From Escherichia coli (lineage in GTDB: Bacteria; Pseudomonadota; Gammaproteobacteria; Enterobacterales; Enterobacteriaceae): a stretch of DNA of 64,000 nucleotides. A program made the translations under genes and the position numbers. The DNA is taken from the NCBI RefSeq assembly GCF_003019035.1, contig NZ_CP027447.1. One strand, 5' to 3'. Shown in pieces: positions 9,417 through 20,868 of the stretch. Every line of letters begins with the position of its first letter. Position 1 is the stretch's first letter. The notes under the pieces were generated by a model. The model was not told where the DNA came from. It worked only from the letters and a program-made list of their open reading frames with translations, and searched no databases.

Positions 9417-9434
9417 GTGAGAGTTAAGAATGAA

Positions 9435-11714
9435 TTACAGCGGTTGGGTTTGCGCTTCAACCACAGCCAGCGCCACCATGTTGACGATACGACGTACCGA
9501 TGCGATCGGCGTTAACACGTGAACCGGTTTCGCCACGCCCATCAGCACCGGACCGACAGTCACACCTTCCGAGCTGGAAACGCGCAGTAAGTTGTAACTA
9601 ATGCGGGCAGCTTCCATGTTCGGCATCACCAGAATATTAGCGGAACCTTTCAAAGGGCTGTCCGGCATACGGTCGTTGCGAATCGCTTCCACCAGCGCTG
9701 CATCGCCGTGCATTTCACCATCAATCATCAGTTCTGGCGCACGTTCCCTGACCAGTTCCAGCGCCTGACGCATTTTGCTCGACGACGGGCAGTCAGAAGA
9801 ACCAAAGTTGGAGTGCGACAACAGAGCCACACGCGGTTCAATACCAAAACGACGAACAGTTTCTGCCGCCATCAAGGTGATCTCCGCCAGCTCTTCTGCA
9901 TCAGGCTCATCATTGACGTAGGTATCGGCAATAAAGGTGTTACCACTCGGCAACAGCAGCGCGTTCATTGCACCTGCGGTGTGAACGCCATCGCGATAAC
10001 CAAAGACATTTTTCACCACGCTAAAGTGTTCATGATAATCGCCCACCGTACCGCAAATCATTGCATCGGCTTCGCCACGCTGAACCATGATCGCGCCGAT
10101 CACTGTCGGGTTACTGATCAGCGCACGCTGCGCCTGCTCCTGAGTGACACCGCGACGCTTCATGATCTGGAAGTATTCGGTCCAGTACTCTTTAAAGCGC
10201 GGATCGGATTCGTTATTGACGATCTCAAAATCAACACCCGCTTTGATCTGCAAGCCCAGTTTCTGAATGCGCATTTCGATCACGTTCGGACGACCAATAA
10301 GAATCGGTTTCGCCAGTCCCAGCGTTACCAGTTCCTGAGTGGCATGCAGAACGCGCGCCTCTTCCCCTTCCGGCAGAACGACGCGCTTCGGCGCTTTGCG
10401 AGCCTGGGAGAAAATCGGCTTCATAAACAGGTTGGTTTTGTAAACGAACTCCGTCAGCTTGTCGATGTAGACGTCGAAATCAGCAATCGGACGCGTCGCC
10501 ACGCCAGACTCCATCGCCGCTTTCGCCACCGCTGGAGCGATCTTAACGATCAAGCGCGGATCAAACGGTTTTGGAATGATGTATTCCGGACCAAAGCTCA
10601 GATCCTGATCGCCATACGCTGAAGCCACCACTTCACTCTGTTCCGCATGGGCCAGTTCTGCAATCGCGCGTACTGCCGCCAGTTTCATCTCTTCGTTGAT
10701 GGCGGTTGCGCCAACGTCCAGCGCGCCACGGAAGATAAACGGGAAGCAAAGGACGTTGTTCACCTGGTTCGGGTAGTCGGAACGGCCGGTACAGATGATG
10801 GCATCCGGACGCACTTCTTTCGCCAGCGGCGGCAGAATTTCCGGTTCCGGATTCGCCAGCGCCAGGATCATTGGTGCCCGAGCCATTTTCTTCACCATTT
10901 CCTGGGTCAGCACTTTCGGGCCGGAACAACCCAGGAAAATATCCGCGCCTTCAATCACATCATCGAGGGTACGTTTGCCGTCATCCACCACCGCATATGC
11001 GGCTTTGGTTTCCGCCATATTTGGCTCACGGCCCTGATAGATAACGCCTTTTGAATCACAAACCACGATGTTATGTTTTTGCAGCCCCAGCGCCACCAGC
11101 AGGTTCATACAGGCGATTGCTGCTGCACCCGCGCCGGAAACCACCATCCGCACGTCGGAGATGTTTTTCTCCACCACGCGCAATCCGTTGAGGATGGCGG
11201 CAGTGCTGATAATTGCCGTGCCGTGCTGATCGTCGTGGAATACTGGAATATTCATCCGCTCGCGCAGTTTCTGTTCAATATAGAAACATTCTGGCGCTTT
11301 AATGTCTTCGAGGTTGATGCCGCCGAAGGTCGGTTCAAGCGCGGCGACGACTTCAATAAATTTGTCCGGGTCGAGTTCATCAACTTCAATGTCAAATACA
11401 TCAATCCCGGCGAATTTCTTAAACAGAACGCCCTTGCCTTCCATCACCGGTTTGCCTGCCAGCGCGCCAATGTTGCCTAACCCCAGCACCGCCGTACCGT
11501 TAGAGATCACCGCCACCAGGTTACCACGCGCGGTATATTTGTAGGCTTTTAACGGGTCTTTTTCGATTTCAAGACAAGGTGCGGCAACGCCTGGTGAGTA
11601 GGCCAGCGCCAGATCGCGCTGCGTTGCCAGAGGCTTGGTTGGAGAAACCTGGATTTTCCCTGGAACTGGAAATTCATGGAAATCAAGTGCACTTTGTTTT
11701 AACTGGTCATCCAT
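9435..11714 (-). CDS. maeB: NADP-dependent malic enzyme MaeB (malic enzyme domain fused to PTA-like domain)
   Basis: 759-aa ORF starting [28 protein letters not shown]. Confidence 0.96.
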   Translation of the reverse strand: MDDQLKQSALDFHEFPVPGKIQVSPTKPLATQRDLALAYSPGVAAPCLEIEKDPLKAYKYTARGNLVAVISNGTAVLGLGNIGALAGKPVMEGKGVLFKKFAGIDVFDIEVDELDPDKFIEVVAALEPTFGGINLEDIKAPECFYIEQKLRERMNIPVFHDDQHGTAIISTAAILNGLRVVEKNISDVRMVVSGAGAAAIACMNLLVALGLQKHNIVVCDSKGVIYQGREPNMAETKAAYAVVDDGKRTLDDVIEGADIFLGCSGPKVLTQEMVKKMARAPMILALANPEPEILPPLAKEVRPDAIICTGRSDYPNQVNNVLCFPFIFRGALDVGATAINEEMKLAAVRAIAELAHAEQSEVVASAYGDQDLSFGPEYIIPKPFDPRLIVKIAPAVAKAAMESGVATRPIADFDVYIDKLTEFVYKTNLFMKPIFSQARKAPKRVVLPEGEEARVLHATQELVTLGLAKPILIGRPNVIEMRIQKLGLQIKAGVDFEIVNNESDPRFKEYWTEYFQIMKRRGVTQEQAQRALISNPTVIGAIMVQRGEADAMICGTVGDYHEHFSVVKNVFGYRDGVHTAGAMNALLLPSGNTFIADTYVNDEPDAEELAEITLMAAETVRRFGIEPRVALLSHSNFGSSDCPSSSKMRQALELVRERAPELMIDGEMHGDAALVEAIRNDRMPDSPLKGSANILVMPNMEAARISYNLLRVSSSEGVTVGPVLMGVAKPVHVLTPIASVRRIVNMVALAVVEAQTQPL

Positions 11715-12002
11715 TTGGTTGTTCCTTTCACGTAACGTTCACAAATAAAGTGTGTGGGCAACAGCCCCTGCCCACAACGTGGCGCACATTATTACCCTGC
11801 CGGAGTCTACAGACTTTGAGCAAGTCCAAACTCTCACCATTAATATAATGTTTTGGTAATAATCCTATAACACTGATGTTACCTGCTTAATCCAGCAATA
11901 CCATGCCTGTCTGCTATGCTTTTTTGATGCGTTTAGCGAAATTTCTCAGAAGTGTGAATTAACGCACTCATCTAACACTTTACTTTTCAAGGAGTATTTC
12001 CT

Positions 12003-12953
12003 ATGAACGAGTTAGACGGCATCAAACAGTTCACCACTGTCGTGGCAGACAGCGGCGATATTGAGTCCATTCGCCATTATCATCCCCAGGATGCCACCAC
12101 CAATCCTTCGCTGTTACTCAAGGCTGCCGGATTATCACAATATGAGCATTTAATAGACGATGCTATCGCCTGGGGTAAAAAAAATGGCAAGACCCAGGAA
12201 CAACAGGTGGTCGCTGCATGTGACAAACTGGCGGTCAATTTCGGTACTGAAATTCTCAAAATCGTACCCGGTCGCGTGTCAACAGAAGTTGATGCACGCC
12301 TCTCTTTTGATAAAGAAAAGAGTATTGAGAAGGCGCGCCATCTGGTGGACTTGTATCAGCAACAAGGCGTTGAGAAATCACGCATTTTGATCAAGCTGGC
12401 TTCAACCTGGGAAGGAATTCGCGCGGCAGAAGAGCTGGAAAAAGAAGGTATTAACTGCAACCTGACGCTGCTGTTTTCTTTTGCTCAGGCGCGGGCCTGT
12501 GCAGAAGCAGGCGTTTTTCTGATTTCGCCGTTTGTCGGGCGTATTTATGACTGGTATCAGGCGCGTAAGCCGATGGACCCGTATGTGGTGGAAGAAGATC
12601 CGGGCGTTAAGTCAGTGCGCAATATCTACGACTACTATAAGCAACACCACTACGAAACCATTGTAATGGGCGCGAGCTTCCGTCGCACCGAACAAATCCT
12701 CGCCTTAACCGGCTGCGACCGACTGACTATCGCACCGAATTTGCTGAAGGAGCTACAGGAAAAAGTTTCGCCAGTGGTACGTAAATTAATCCCATCTTCT
12801 CAGACGTTCCCACGCCCAGCTCCCATGAGCGAAGCGGAGTTCCGTTGGGAGCACAATCAGGATGCGATGGCGGTAGAAAAACTGTCTGAAGGCATTCGTC
12901 TATTCGCCGTTGATCAACGCAAACTGGAAGATCTTCTTGCCGCCAAACTATAA
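12003..12953 (+). CDS. talA: Transaldolase A
   Basis: 316-aa ORF, transaldolase family; followed by tktB as in K-12. Confidence 0.95.
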   Translation: MNELDGIKQFTTVVADSGDIESIRHYHPQDATTNPSLLLKAAGLSQYEHLIDDAIAWGKKNGKTQEQQVVAACDKLAVNFGTEILKIVPGRVSTEVDARLSFDKEKSIEKARHLVDLYQQQGVEKSRILIKLASTWEGIRAAEELEKEGINCNLTLLFSFAQARACAEAGVFLISPFVGRIYDWYQARKPMDPYVVEEDPGVKSVRNIYDYYKQHHYETIVMGASFRRTEQILALTGCDRLTIAPNLLKELQEKVSPVVRKLIPSSQTFPRPAPMSEAEFRWEHNQDAMAVEKLSEGIRLFAVDQRKLEDLLAAKL

Positions 12954-12972
12954 ACCAGCCACGGAGTGTTAT

Positions 12973-14976
12973 ATGTCCCGAAAAGACCTTGCCAATGCGA
13001 TTCGCGCACTCAGTATGGATGCGGTGCAAAAAGCCAATTCTGGTCATCCCGGCGCGCCGATGGGCATGGCCGATATTGCCGAAGTGCTGTGGAACGATTT
13101 TCTTAAACATAACCCTACCGACCCAACCTGGTATGATCGCGACCGCTTTATTCTTTCCAACGGTCACGCGTCGATGCTGCTCTACAGTTTGCTGCATCTG
13201 ACCGGTTACGACCTGCCGCTGGAAGAACTGAAGAACTTCCGTCAGTTGCATTCGAAAACCCCAGGCCACCCGGAAATCGGCTATACGCCTGGTGTTGAAA
13301 CCACCACCGGTCCACTTGGACAAGGTTTGGCGAACGCCGTCGGGCTGGCGATAGCAGAGCGTACGCTGGCGGCGCAGTTTAACCAGCCAGATCATGAAAT
13401 TGTCGATCACTTCACCTATGTGTTTATGGGCGACGGCTGCCTGATGGAAGGTATTTCCCACGAAGTCTGTTCGCTGGCGGGCACGCTGGGACTGGGCAAG
13501 CTGATTGGTTTTTACGATCACAACGGTATTTCCATCGACGGTGAAACCGAAGGCTGGTTTACCGACGATACAGCAAAACGTTTTGAAGCCTATCACTGGC
13601 ATGTGATCCACGAGATCGACGGTCACGATCCGCAGGCGGTGAAGGAAGCGATCCTTGAAGCGCAAAGCGTGAAAGATAAGCCGTCGCTGATTATCTGCCG
13701 TACGGTGATTGGCTTTGGTTCGCCGAATAAAGCAGGTAAGGAAGAGGCGCACGGCGCACCACTGGGGGAAGAAGAAGTGGCGCTGGCACGGCAAAAACTG
13801 GGCTGGCACCATCCGCCATTTGAGATCCCTAAAGAGATTTATCACGCCTGGGATGCCCGCGAAAAAGGCGAAAAAGCGCAGCAGAGCTGGAATGAGAAGT
13901 TTGCCGCCTATAAAAAGGCTCATCCGCAACTGGCAGAAGAGTTTACCCGTCGGATGAGCGGTGGTTTACCGAAGGACTGGGAGAAAACGACTCAGAAATA
14001 TATCAATGAGTTGCAGGCGAATCCGGCGAAAATCGCTACCCGTAAGGCTTCGCAAAATACGCTTAACGCTTACGGGCCTATGCTGCCTGAGTTGCTCGGC
14101 GGTTCGGCGGATCTGGCTCCCAGCAACCTGACCATCTGGAAAGGTTCTGTTTCGCTGAAGGAAGATCCGGCGGGCAACTACATTCACTACGGGGTGCGTG
14201 AATTTGGCATGACCGCTATCGCCAACGGCATTGCGCACCACGGCGGCTTTGTGCCGTATACCGCGACGTTCCTGATGTTTGTTGAATACGCCCGTAACGC
14301 CGCGCGGATGGCGGCACTGATGAAAGCGCGGCAGATTATGGTTTATACCCACGACTCAATTGGCCTGGGCGAAGATGGTCCTACGCACCAGGCTGTTGAG
14401 CAACTGGCCAGTCTGCGCTTAACGCCAAATTTCAGCACCTGGCGACCGTGCGATCAGGTGGAAGCAGCGGTGGGCTGGAAGCTGGCGGTTGAGCGCCACA
14501 ACGGACCGACGGCACTGATCCTCTCCAGGCAGAATCTGGCCCAGGTGGAACGTACGCCGGATCAGGTTAAAGAGATTGCTCGTGGCGGTTATGTACTGAA
14601 AGACAGCGGCGGTAAGCCAGATATTATTTTGATTGCCACCGGTTCAGAGATGGAAATCACCCTGCAAGCGGCAGAGAAATTAGCGGGAGAAGGTCGCAAT
14701 GTACGCGTAGTTTCCCTGCCCTCGACCGATATTTTCGACGCCCAGGATGAGGAATATCGGGAGTCGGTGTTGCCTTCAAATGTTTCTGCCCGCGTGGCAG
14801 TAGAAGCGGGTATTGCCGATTACTGGTACAAATATGTTGGTCTGAAAGGGGCAATTGTCGGGATGACAGGTTATGGGGAATCTGCTCCGGCGGATAAGCT
14901 GTTCCCGTTCTTTGGCTTTACCGCCGAGAATATTGTGGCAAAAGCGCATAAGGTACTGGGAGTGAAAGGTGCCTGA
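12973..14976 (+). CDS. tktB: Transketolase 2
   Basis: 667 aa from the ATG at 12973 preceded by GGAG; TPP-binding motifs ([12 protein letters not shown]). Confidence 0.95.
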   Translation: MSRKDLANAIRALSMDAVQKANSGHPGAPMGMADIAEVLWNDFLKHNPTDPTWYDRDRFILSNGHASMLLYSLLHLTGYDLPLEELKNFRQLHSKTPGHPEIGYTPGVETTTGPLGQGLANAVGLAIAERTLAAQFNQPDHEIVDHFTYVFMGDGCLMEGISHEVCSLAGTLGLGKLIGFYDHNGISIDGETEGWFTDDTAKRFEAYHWHVIHEIDGHDPQAVKEAILEAQSVKDKPSLIICRTVIGFGSPNKAGKEEAHGAPLGEEEVALARQKLGWHHPPFEIPKEIYHAWDAREKGEKAQQSWNEKFAAYKKAHPQLAEEFTRRMSGGLPKDWEKTTQKYINELQANPAKIATRKASQNTLNAYGPMLPELLGGSADLAPSNLTIWKGSVSLKEDPAGNYIHYGVREFGMTAIANGIAHHGGFVPYTATFLMFVEYARNAARMAALMKARQIMVYTHDSIGLGEDGPTHQAVEQLASLRLTPNFSTWRPCDQVEAAVGWKLAVERHNGPTALILSRQNLAQVERTPDQVKEIARGGYVLKDSGGKPDIILIATGSEMEITLQAAEKLAGEGRNVRVVSLPSTDIFDAQDEEYRESVLPSNVSARVAVEAGIADYWYKYVGLKGAIVGMTGYGESAPADKLFPFFGFTAENIVAKAHKVLGVKGA

Positions 14977-14994
14977 TGGTGATCGCCGGATGCT

Positions 14995-15045
14995 GTATGT
15001 TCCCCTCACCCTAACCCTCTCCCCAGAGGGGCGAGGGGACGGTCC
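14995..15045. repeat. GC-rich imperfect inverted-repeat intergenic element downstream of tktB (possible terminator or REP-like repeat)
   Basis: CCCCTCACCCTAACCCTCTCCCCAGAGGGGCGAGGGGAC between convergent tktB and ypfG. Confidence 0.45.
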
Positions 15046-15078
15046 GTGCGCTTTTTAGGGGCGCATCTGGGATTTTGT

Positions 15079-16122
15079 TTAACGGGTGATCCACAACGTG
15101 GGCCAGGCGTCTGGCCCATGCCAGTTATCGCAGGTGGGTTCTGCGGCGTAACGCACCAGGCGAAAACGCTGACCGTCAAAGCGCCAACGCGCCTGAATGC
15201 CACAATCGCTTAATCCGCGCCCTTTCGCTAAGGTCACCAGTTCACGCGATTTCTCATCAAATGTTGCGTTCATCAGTTCCAGTTCATTCGTCTCCTGACC
15301 GTTGTTGAACGGCAAACGCAACCGAACCGGGCGCGAGGCTAGCGGCTTTTTACGCGACACAATCCATGCCAAATCAATGGTGTTATAGGCCCCTGCCTCA
15401 CAGCTAATCATCATCAGTGCTTTATCATCGGTCAGCGCAGTGACATTCACCTCACGACGTAACGGATCAAGCGAGCAGCGCAGACCATTCATCCGCCAGT
15501 TTCCATAATCCAGCAAATCGTTGCGTTCTTCGAGTGAGAGTGGCGTCGGCGTTGGGTTAACCACCGCGACCTCTTTCAGCGCAGGCGCAGGCGGTACGCT
15601 GAGCGGCGGTTCGTCCCCTTTCTTTATCCACGCGGTTTCACTGCCAACGCGCTTTTGCTGAGCATCAATAAACAACAACGCCGCTTTTAAGCCATTCAGA
15701 GAAATGGTCTGATTGCCATCGCGTAAGGTGATTGCCTTCCCTTCCTGAATCAGCTGCAAAAACGCGGTGATGGTTGCCGTATCATCGGTTACTAGTAACC
15801 ATGGTGAAATCCGCCACTTGTCACCACTTAACGCCAACGGCTCACCATCTAACAGCAGCCGTGGCGCTATCTCCCCTTCAGACGCATCCGGCGACTTCAA
15901 CCCGCCGCGCTCAATACGTAAAACGGCATCGGTATGCGCCCCGGCGCTGCGGCTCAGGGTCATCACCAGTCCATTATGATCGCCCGTATTGCGCGCTACA
16001 CAGAAATTTTGGTTATTACAGGTAACCTGCCAGTCGGAAAACGCCCGTTGCGCTGGTGCCGCCCACACCAAAGACGTCGGCAACAAAGCGAAAAAAAAGA
16101 GAAGGAAAATGCGATAGCGCAT
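15079..16122 (-). CDS. ypfG: DUF1176-family periplasmic protein YpfG
   Basis: 347-aa ORF with N-terminal signal peptide (MRYRIFLLFFFALLPTSLVWAAP); K-12 gene order. Confidence 0.88.
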   Translation of the reverse strand: MRYRIFLLFFFALLPTSLVWAAPAQRAFSDWQVTCNNQNFCVARNTGDHNGLVMTLSRSAGAHTDAVLRIERGGLKSPDASEGEIAPRLLLDGEPLALSGDKWRISPWLLVTDDTATITAFLQLIQEGKAITLRDGNQTISLNGLKAALLFIDAQQKRVGSETAWIKKGDEPPLSVPPAPALKEVAVVNPTPTPLSLEERNDLLDYGNWRMNGLRCSLDPLRREVNVTALTDDKALMMISCEAGAYNTIDLAWIVSRKKPLASRPVRLRLPFNNGQETNELELMNATFDEKSRELVTLAKGRGLSDCGIQARWRFDGQRFRLVRYAAEPTCDNWHGPDAWPTLWITR

Positions 16123-16247
16123 GGACGGTACGACCCCAGAAGTTCAAACAAACAGCACAAGTCGTATCTTCGTTGCGCAGGTAGCGCGGCTCAATCGGAT
16201 TTGTCGGATTGAGCCAATAATAAACAACGAAATATTATTGTTATTTT

Positions 16248-16823
16248 TCAGTCCATTAAATGTGACGTTTGCAAATAGTTAAGCAATAACACCGTCTTAC
16301 CGTCACGTATCTCGCCGGTTTTAATCATCTCCAGCGCCTGGCTGAACGGCAGCTCAAGCACTTCAATATCTTCATCTTCGACACCACCACCGGCGTTAGC
16401 GCGCTGGCTGTCACTGTATTCGGCGATAAAAAAGTGGATTAGCTCAGTCACACCGCCAGGCGACATATACAGTTCAAATAATTTGCGCACTTCGCCAACT
16501 TCATAGCCCGTCTCTTCAATCGCTTCTTTGCGAATGCACACTTCCGGTTCGTCGTTATCCAGCAGCCCGGCGCAGGTTTCAATCAGTTGCCCGCTTTCAT
16601 TGCCATTAACCCAGGTAGCGACGCGGAACTGACGAATCAGAACCACGGTCTTTTTCTTCGCGTTGTACAGGAGGATCGTCGCACCATTACCGCGATCGTA
16701 AACTTCACGTTTATGGCGGATAACTTCGCCATCTTTGCGCGTGAGATCGTAAGTAATGTTGTGCAGGGTGAAATAGTTATCGGAGAGAATTTTGTCTTTA
16801 ATGAGGGTGATTTGTTGCGTCAT
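16248..16823 (-). CDS. nudK: GDP-mannose pyrophosphatase NudK (Nudix hydrolase)
   Basis: 191 aa from MTQQITLIK; Nudix box (EETGYEV); ORF track extends upstream from a non-ATG codon. Confidence 0.9.
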   Translation of the reverse strand: MTQQITLIKDKILSDNYFTLHNITYDLTRKDGEVIRHKREVYDRGNGATILLYNAKKKTVVLIRQFRVATWVNGNESGQLIETCAGLLDNDEPEVCIRKEAIEETGYEVGEVRKLFELYMSPGGVTELIHFFIAEYSDSQRANAGGGVEDEDIEVLELPFSQALEMIKTGEIRDGKTVLLLNYLQTSHLMD

Positions 16824-16890
16824 ACCGACTCCACAGCGCGAAATGAACAATTATCTTACGCTGTGAAGTCGGGTTTGTCTGCGCAGGCTA

Positions 16891-18870
16891 TCAGTGAGAT
16901 TTGACTGATTTTACCCCCAGCCAGTCAATAATCCCCTGTGCCGCATGACGTCCTTCTGCCATTGCGGTAACCACCAGATCCGCACCACGCACGGCGTCAC
17001 CACCGGCGAAGATTTTCGGATTCGTGGTCTGATAACGGTACTGGCTTTCCACATCCGCGATGATGCGGCCCCATTTGTCTACCGTTACACCGTGCGACTC
17101 CAGCCACGGCATCCCGTGCGGATTGAAGCCAAACGCCATAATCACCGCGTCGGCTGGCATGACAAATTCACTGCCTTCCACCGGCACTGGACGCCGACGC
17201 CCCTGGGCATCCGGCTCGCCAAGACGCGTACGCAGGAAACGAATTCCGCAAACGTGACCTTGCTCATTCAGCTCAAGCGCCACCGGCTGGACGTTAAATT
17301 CGAAGTTGGCCCCCTCTTCGCGGGCGTTCTTCACCTCTTTCTTCGAGCCTGGCATGTTAGCTTCATCACGACGATAAGCGCAAGTGACGTTACTCGCGCC
17401 GTGGCGAAGCGCGGTACGCACACAGTCCATCGCGGTGTCGCCGCCGCCCAGTACCACGACGTTGAGTCCGGCGGTATTGATAAACGGCTCTTCCGGTAGC
17501 TCTTCGAGTCCCATCACCTGTTTAGTGTTGGCGATGAGGAACGGCAGGGCGTCATAAACGCCCGGCGCATCTTCATTGGGTAAACCCGCTTTCATGGAAC
17601 GGTAAGTGCCTACGCCAACGAAGACCGCGTCGTATTGTTCCAAAAGCGAATCCAAAGAGACATCTTTACCCACTTCACAATTGAGTTCGAAGTGAATCCC
17701 CATCGCGCTGAAGATTTCCCGACGGCGTGCCAGCAGGGATTTATCCAGTTTGAAAGAAGGAATGCCGAAAGTGAGCAAGCCACCGATTTCTGGATGGCGA
17801 TCGTACACCGTCACCGCCACGCCATTGCGGGTCAGAACATCCGCACAGGCCAGCCCTGCCGGACCCGCACCGATAATCGCCACTCGCTTGTCCACTTTGG
17901 TGACATGGCTTAAGTCAGGACGCCAACCTTTCGCCAACGCCTGATCTGAAATGTAGCGTTCAATGTTGCCGATAGTTACTGCGCCGTGCTCATCGCGAAT
18001 AGTACAGGCACCTTCACACAAACGGTCTTGCGGGCAAACGCGTCCGGTAATTTCCGGCAGGGTGTTGGTCTGGTGAGAAAGCTCGACGGCGGCGTCGATG
18101 TTTCCGGCTTTCACCAGTTCAATCCACTGCGGAATATGGTTATGCAGCGGGCAGGTCCATTCACAAACGCTGTGCTCGCCACACTTAAGGCAACGCGAGG
18201 CTTCCCGTTGTGCCTGATCGGCACGGAATGGCAGATAAATTTCATCAAAACCGGTTTTGCGCGCTTCAATCGCCAGTTTGTCCGGCTCGCCACGCGCGGG
18301 CGTTGCCTGCATTTGCTCGACTTTACTCATTACCGGCATTTCTTGTGCCGCGGTACTGGCATGCCACGGTTGATGTTCCTGACGTGCGGTGCGTAAGCGG
18401 CGGGATTTCGCCATGCCGGAGAGTGCGGCGTCAGTGACCAGTTGCAGCGCGTCCGCCGGGCAATTTTCGACACAGGCAGGACCGTTTTCGCGCCCTGCAC
18501 AAAGGTCGCATTTATGCGCCGTGGCTTTAACTTTGCCAGCCGCAACGGGTGTCAGGACGATTTGCATCGTACCAAATGGACAGGCCACCACGCAGGATTT
18601 ACAGCCAATACACTTTTGCTGATTGACCTGAATGCTGTCATCAACGTGGCTGATTGCGCCATTAGGGCAGCTACGGGCGCAGGGCGCATCTTCACAATGG
18701 TGACAGGTCACTGCACTACGTTGCTGCTGATGTTTGATAACCGTAATTCGGGGATGAAAATGGTGTTGGCTCAGGACATGTTGCTCATCATTGTGAGCCA
18801 TGACACAGGCGATTTCACAAGCATGACAACCCAGACATTGCTGACTGTTGGCCATAATAAAACGATTCAT
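16891..18870 (-). CDS. aegA: Fused Fe-S / NAD(P)H oxidoreductase AegA (GltD-like)
   Basis: 659-aa ORF with N-terminal Cys clusters (CxxCxxCxxxCP) and pyridine-nucleotide disulfide oxidoreductase domain. Confidence 0.93.
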   Translation of the reverse strand: MNRFIMANSQQCLGCHACEIACVMAHNDEQHVLSQHHFHPRITVIKHQQQRSAVTCHHCEDAPCARSCPNGAISHVDDSIQVNQQKCIGCKSCVVACPFGTMQIVLTPVAAGKVKATAHKCDLCAGRENGPACVENCPADALQLVTDAALSGMAKSRRLRTARQEHQPWHASTAAQEMPVMSKVEQMQATPARGEPDKLAIEARKTGFDEIYLPFRADQAQREASRCLKCGEHSVCEWTCPLHNHIPQWIELVKAGNIDAAVELSHQTNTLPEITGRVCPQDRLCEGACTIRDEHGAVTIGNIERYISDQALAKGWRPDLSHVTKVDKRVAIIGAGPAGLACADVLTRNGVAVTVYDRHPEIGGLLTFGIPSFKLDKSLLARRREIFSAMGIHFELNCEVGKDVSLDSLLEQYDAVFVGVGTYRSMKAGLPNEDAPGVYDALPFLIANTKQVMGLEELPEEPFINTAGLNVVVLGGGDTAMDCVRTALRHGASNVTCAYRRDEANMPGSKKEVKNAREEGANFEFNVQPVALELNEQGHVCGIRFLRTRLGEPDAQGRRRPVPVEGSEFVMPADAVIMAFGFNPHGMPWLESHGVTVDKWGRIIADVESQYRYQTTNPKIFAGGDAVRGADLVVTAMAEGRHAAQGIIDWLGVKSVKSH

Positions 18871-19075
18871 AACGACCTTCTTTTTTGGTTGTAAAAACCT
18901 TATTCTTTATATGAGTGTTGTTATTACCCGACTTACAGGGGAATCGGCAATGTTCATGTGCCCAGAATAAGTCACTATTTCGCTATAAACTGTGGCAGAT
19001 CAAATAATCCCATCACTGACTAAATTGCGTTTCAGCGAACTGGAACATTAATGATTTTTTGTGGAGAAGACGCGT

Positions 19076-20776
19076 GTGATTGTTAAACGACCCGTCTCGG
19101 CCAGTCTGGCCCGGGCCTTTTTTTACATTGTGCTGCTGTCGATTCTTTCCACGGGTATCGCTCTGCTAACGCTGGCGAGCAGTTTACGCGACGCTGAGGC
19201 TATCAATATTGCCGGATCGCTGCGTATGCAGAGTTACCGCCTGGGCTACGATTTGCAAAGTGGCAGTCCACAACTCAATGCACATCGCCAGTTATTTCAG
19301 CAGGCACTGCATTCACCGGTATTAACCAATCTCAACGTCTGGTATGTGCCAGAGGCAGTAAAAACCCGCTATGCGCATCTGAATGCCAACTGGCTGGAGA
19401 TGAATAATCGGCTCAGCAAGGGCGACTTGCCGTGGTATCAGGCCAATATTAATAATTATGTTAATCAGATAGACCTGTTCGTGCTGGCTTTACAGCACTA
19501 CGCTGAACGCAAAATGCTGCTGGTGGTGGCGATTTCCCTGGCTGGCGGCATCGGTATTTTCACGCTGGTCTTTTTTACTTTGCGCCGCATACGCCATCAG
19601 GTGGTTGCCCCGCTGAATCAGCTGGTTACCGCCAGTCAGCGTATTGAACACGGACAGTTCGACTCGCCGCCGCTGGATACCAGCCTGCCGAATGAGCTTG
19701 GCCTGCTTGCAAAAACCTTTAACCAGATGTCGAGCGAGCTGCATAAATTGTACCGTTCGCTGGAGGCGTCAGTAGAAGAAAAGACCCGCGACCTCCACGA
19801 GGCCAAGCGTCGTCTGGAGGTGTTGTATCAGTGTTCGCAGGCGCTAAACACCAGCCAGATTGATGTGCATTGTTTCCGCCATATTTTGCAGATTGTTCGC
19901 GACAATGAAGCGGCTGAATATCTGGAGTTAAATGTCGGTGACAACTGGCGGATTAGCGAAGGGAAACCAAACCCGGAATTGCCGATGCAGATTTTACCGG
20001 TGACAATGCAAGAGACGGTTTACGGCGAACTGCACTGGCAAAATAGTCACGTTTCATCATCAGAACCGCTGCTTAACAGTGTTTCGTCGATGCTGGGACG
20101 CGGTTTGTACTTTAATCAGGCGCAGAAGCATTTTCAGCAGTTATTGTTGATGGAAGAACGTGCGACCATCGCCCGCGAATTGCACGACTCGCTGGCTCAG
20201 GTACTTTCTTACTTACGTATCCAGTTGACGTTACTGAAGCGTTCGATACCGGAAGATAACGCCACCGCACAAAGTATCATGGCCGATTTCTCCCAGGCGC
20301 TGAATGATGCTTATCGGCAGTTACGCGAGCTGTTAACTACTTTCCGCCTGACGCTGCAGCAGGCGGATCTCCCCTCCGCGTTGAGGGAAATGCTGGATAC
20401 GTTACAAAATCAAACCAGCGCCAAACTGACCCTCGACTGCCGTCTGCCAACCCTGGCGCTGGATGCGCAAATGCAGGTGCATTTGTTGCAAATTATTCGC
20501 GAAGCGGTGCTGAATGCGATGAAGCACGCCAACGCCAGCGAAATCGCCGTTAGCTGCGTCACCGCGCCGGATGGCAATCACACAGTCTATATTCGCGACA
20601 ACGGGATTGGCATCGGTGAACCGAAAGAACCCGAAGGCCATTATGGTCTGAATATCATGCGCGAACGCGCGGAAAGATTGGGTGGGACGCTGACTTTTTC
20701 ACAACCTTCCGGCGGCGGCACGTTAGTGAGTATTAGCTTTCGCTCCGCGGAGGGTGAGGAAAGTCAGCTGATGTAA
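19076..20776 (+). CDS. narQ: Nitrate/nitrite sensor histidine kinase NarQ
   Basis: 566 aa from the GTG at 19076 (MIVKRPVSASLARAFF); HAMP and histidine kinase motifs (ARELHDSLAQ). Confidence 0.93.
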   Translation: MIVKRPVSASLARAFFYIVLLSILSTGIALLTLASSLRDAEAINIAGSLRMQSYRLGYDLQSGSPQLNAHRQLFQQALHSPVLTNLNVWYVPEAVKTRYAHLNANWLEMNNRLSKGDLPWYQANINNYVNQIDLFVLALQHYAERKMLLVVAISLAGGIGIFTLVFFTLRRIRHQVVAPLNQLVTASQRIEHGQFDSPPLDTSLPNELGLLAKTFNQMSSELHKLYRSLEASVEEKTRDLHEAKRRLEVLYQCSQALNTSQIDVHCFRHILQIVRDNEAAEYLELNVGDNWRISEGKPNPELPMQILPVTMQETVYGELHWQNSHVSSSEPLLNSVSSMLGRGLYFNQAQKHFQQLLLMEERATIARELHDSLAQVLSYLRIQLTLLKRSIPEDNATAQSIMADFSQALNDAYRQLRELLTTFRLTLQQADLPSALREMLDTLQNQTSAKLTLDCRLPTLALDAQMQVHLLQIIREAVLNAMKHANASEIAVSCVTAPDGNHTVYIRDNGIGIGEPKEPEGHYGLNIMRERAERLGGTLTFSQPSGGGTLVSISFRSAEGEESQLM

Positions 20777-20850
20777 TGCCTCTTATTGACCAAAGAATAG
20801 TGGCACTTAAGGTTCAGTATAAAAGGGCATGATAATTTACATTAACTCCT

Positions 20851-20868
20851 TTTTTTCTCCACGATTGG
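20851..20868 (+). promoter_or_regulatory. BaeR-box-like site upstream of acrD
   Basis: TTTTTCTCCACGATTGGC matches the BaeR consensus TTTTTCTCCATDATTGGC, as I recall it, at 17 of 18 positions; about 70 bp upstream of the acrD start. Confidence 0.55.

Noticed and set aside
7108-9434. Insertion sequence or transposon as the vehicle for the accessory cassette
   Set aside because: No transposase or integrase ORF and no terminal inverted repeats in either strand; only short direct repeats at the edges, reported separately as a low-confidence observation.
9708-10622. 304-aa plus-strand ORF inside maeB
   Set aside because: Entirely antisense to maeB; no independent support.
12727-13929. 400-aa minus-strand ORF overlapping talA/tktB
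   Set aside because: Antisense to tktB, whose identity is unambiguous; Arg-rich translation with no recognisable domain.
16160-16200. Imperfect inverted repeat between nudK and ypfG as a terminator
   Set aside because: Stem is imperfect (GGCTCAATC…GATTGAGCC with a long loop) and lacks a U-tract on the transcribed strand.
16945-17499. 184-aa plus-strand ORF inside aegA, plus similar antisense ORFs in narQ, acrD, tmcA, pdeF and the hyf genes
   Set aside because: All are fully contained in and antisense or out of frame to confidently identified genes; none has a credible start context.
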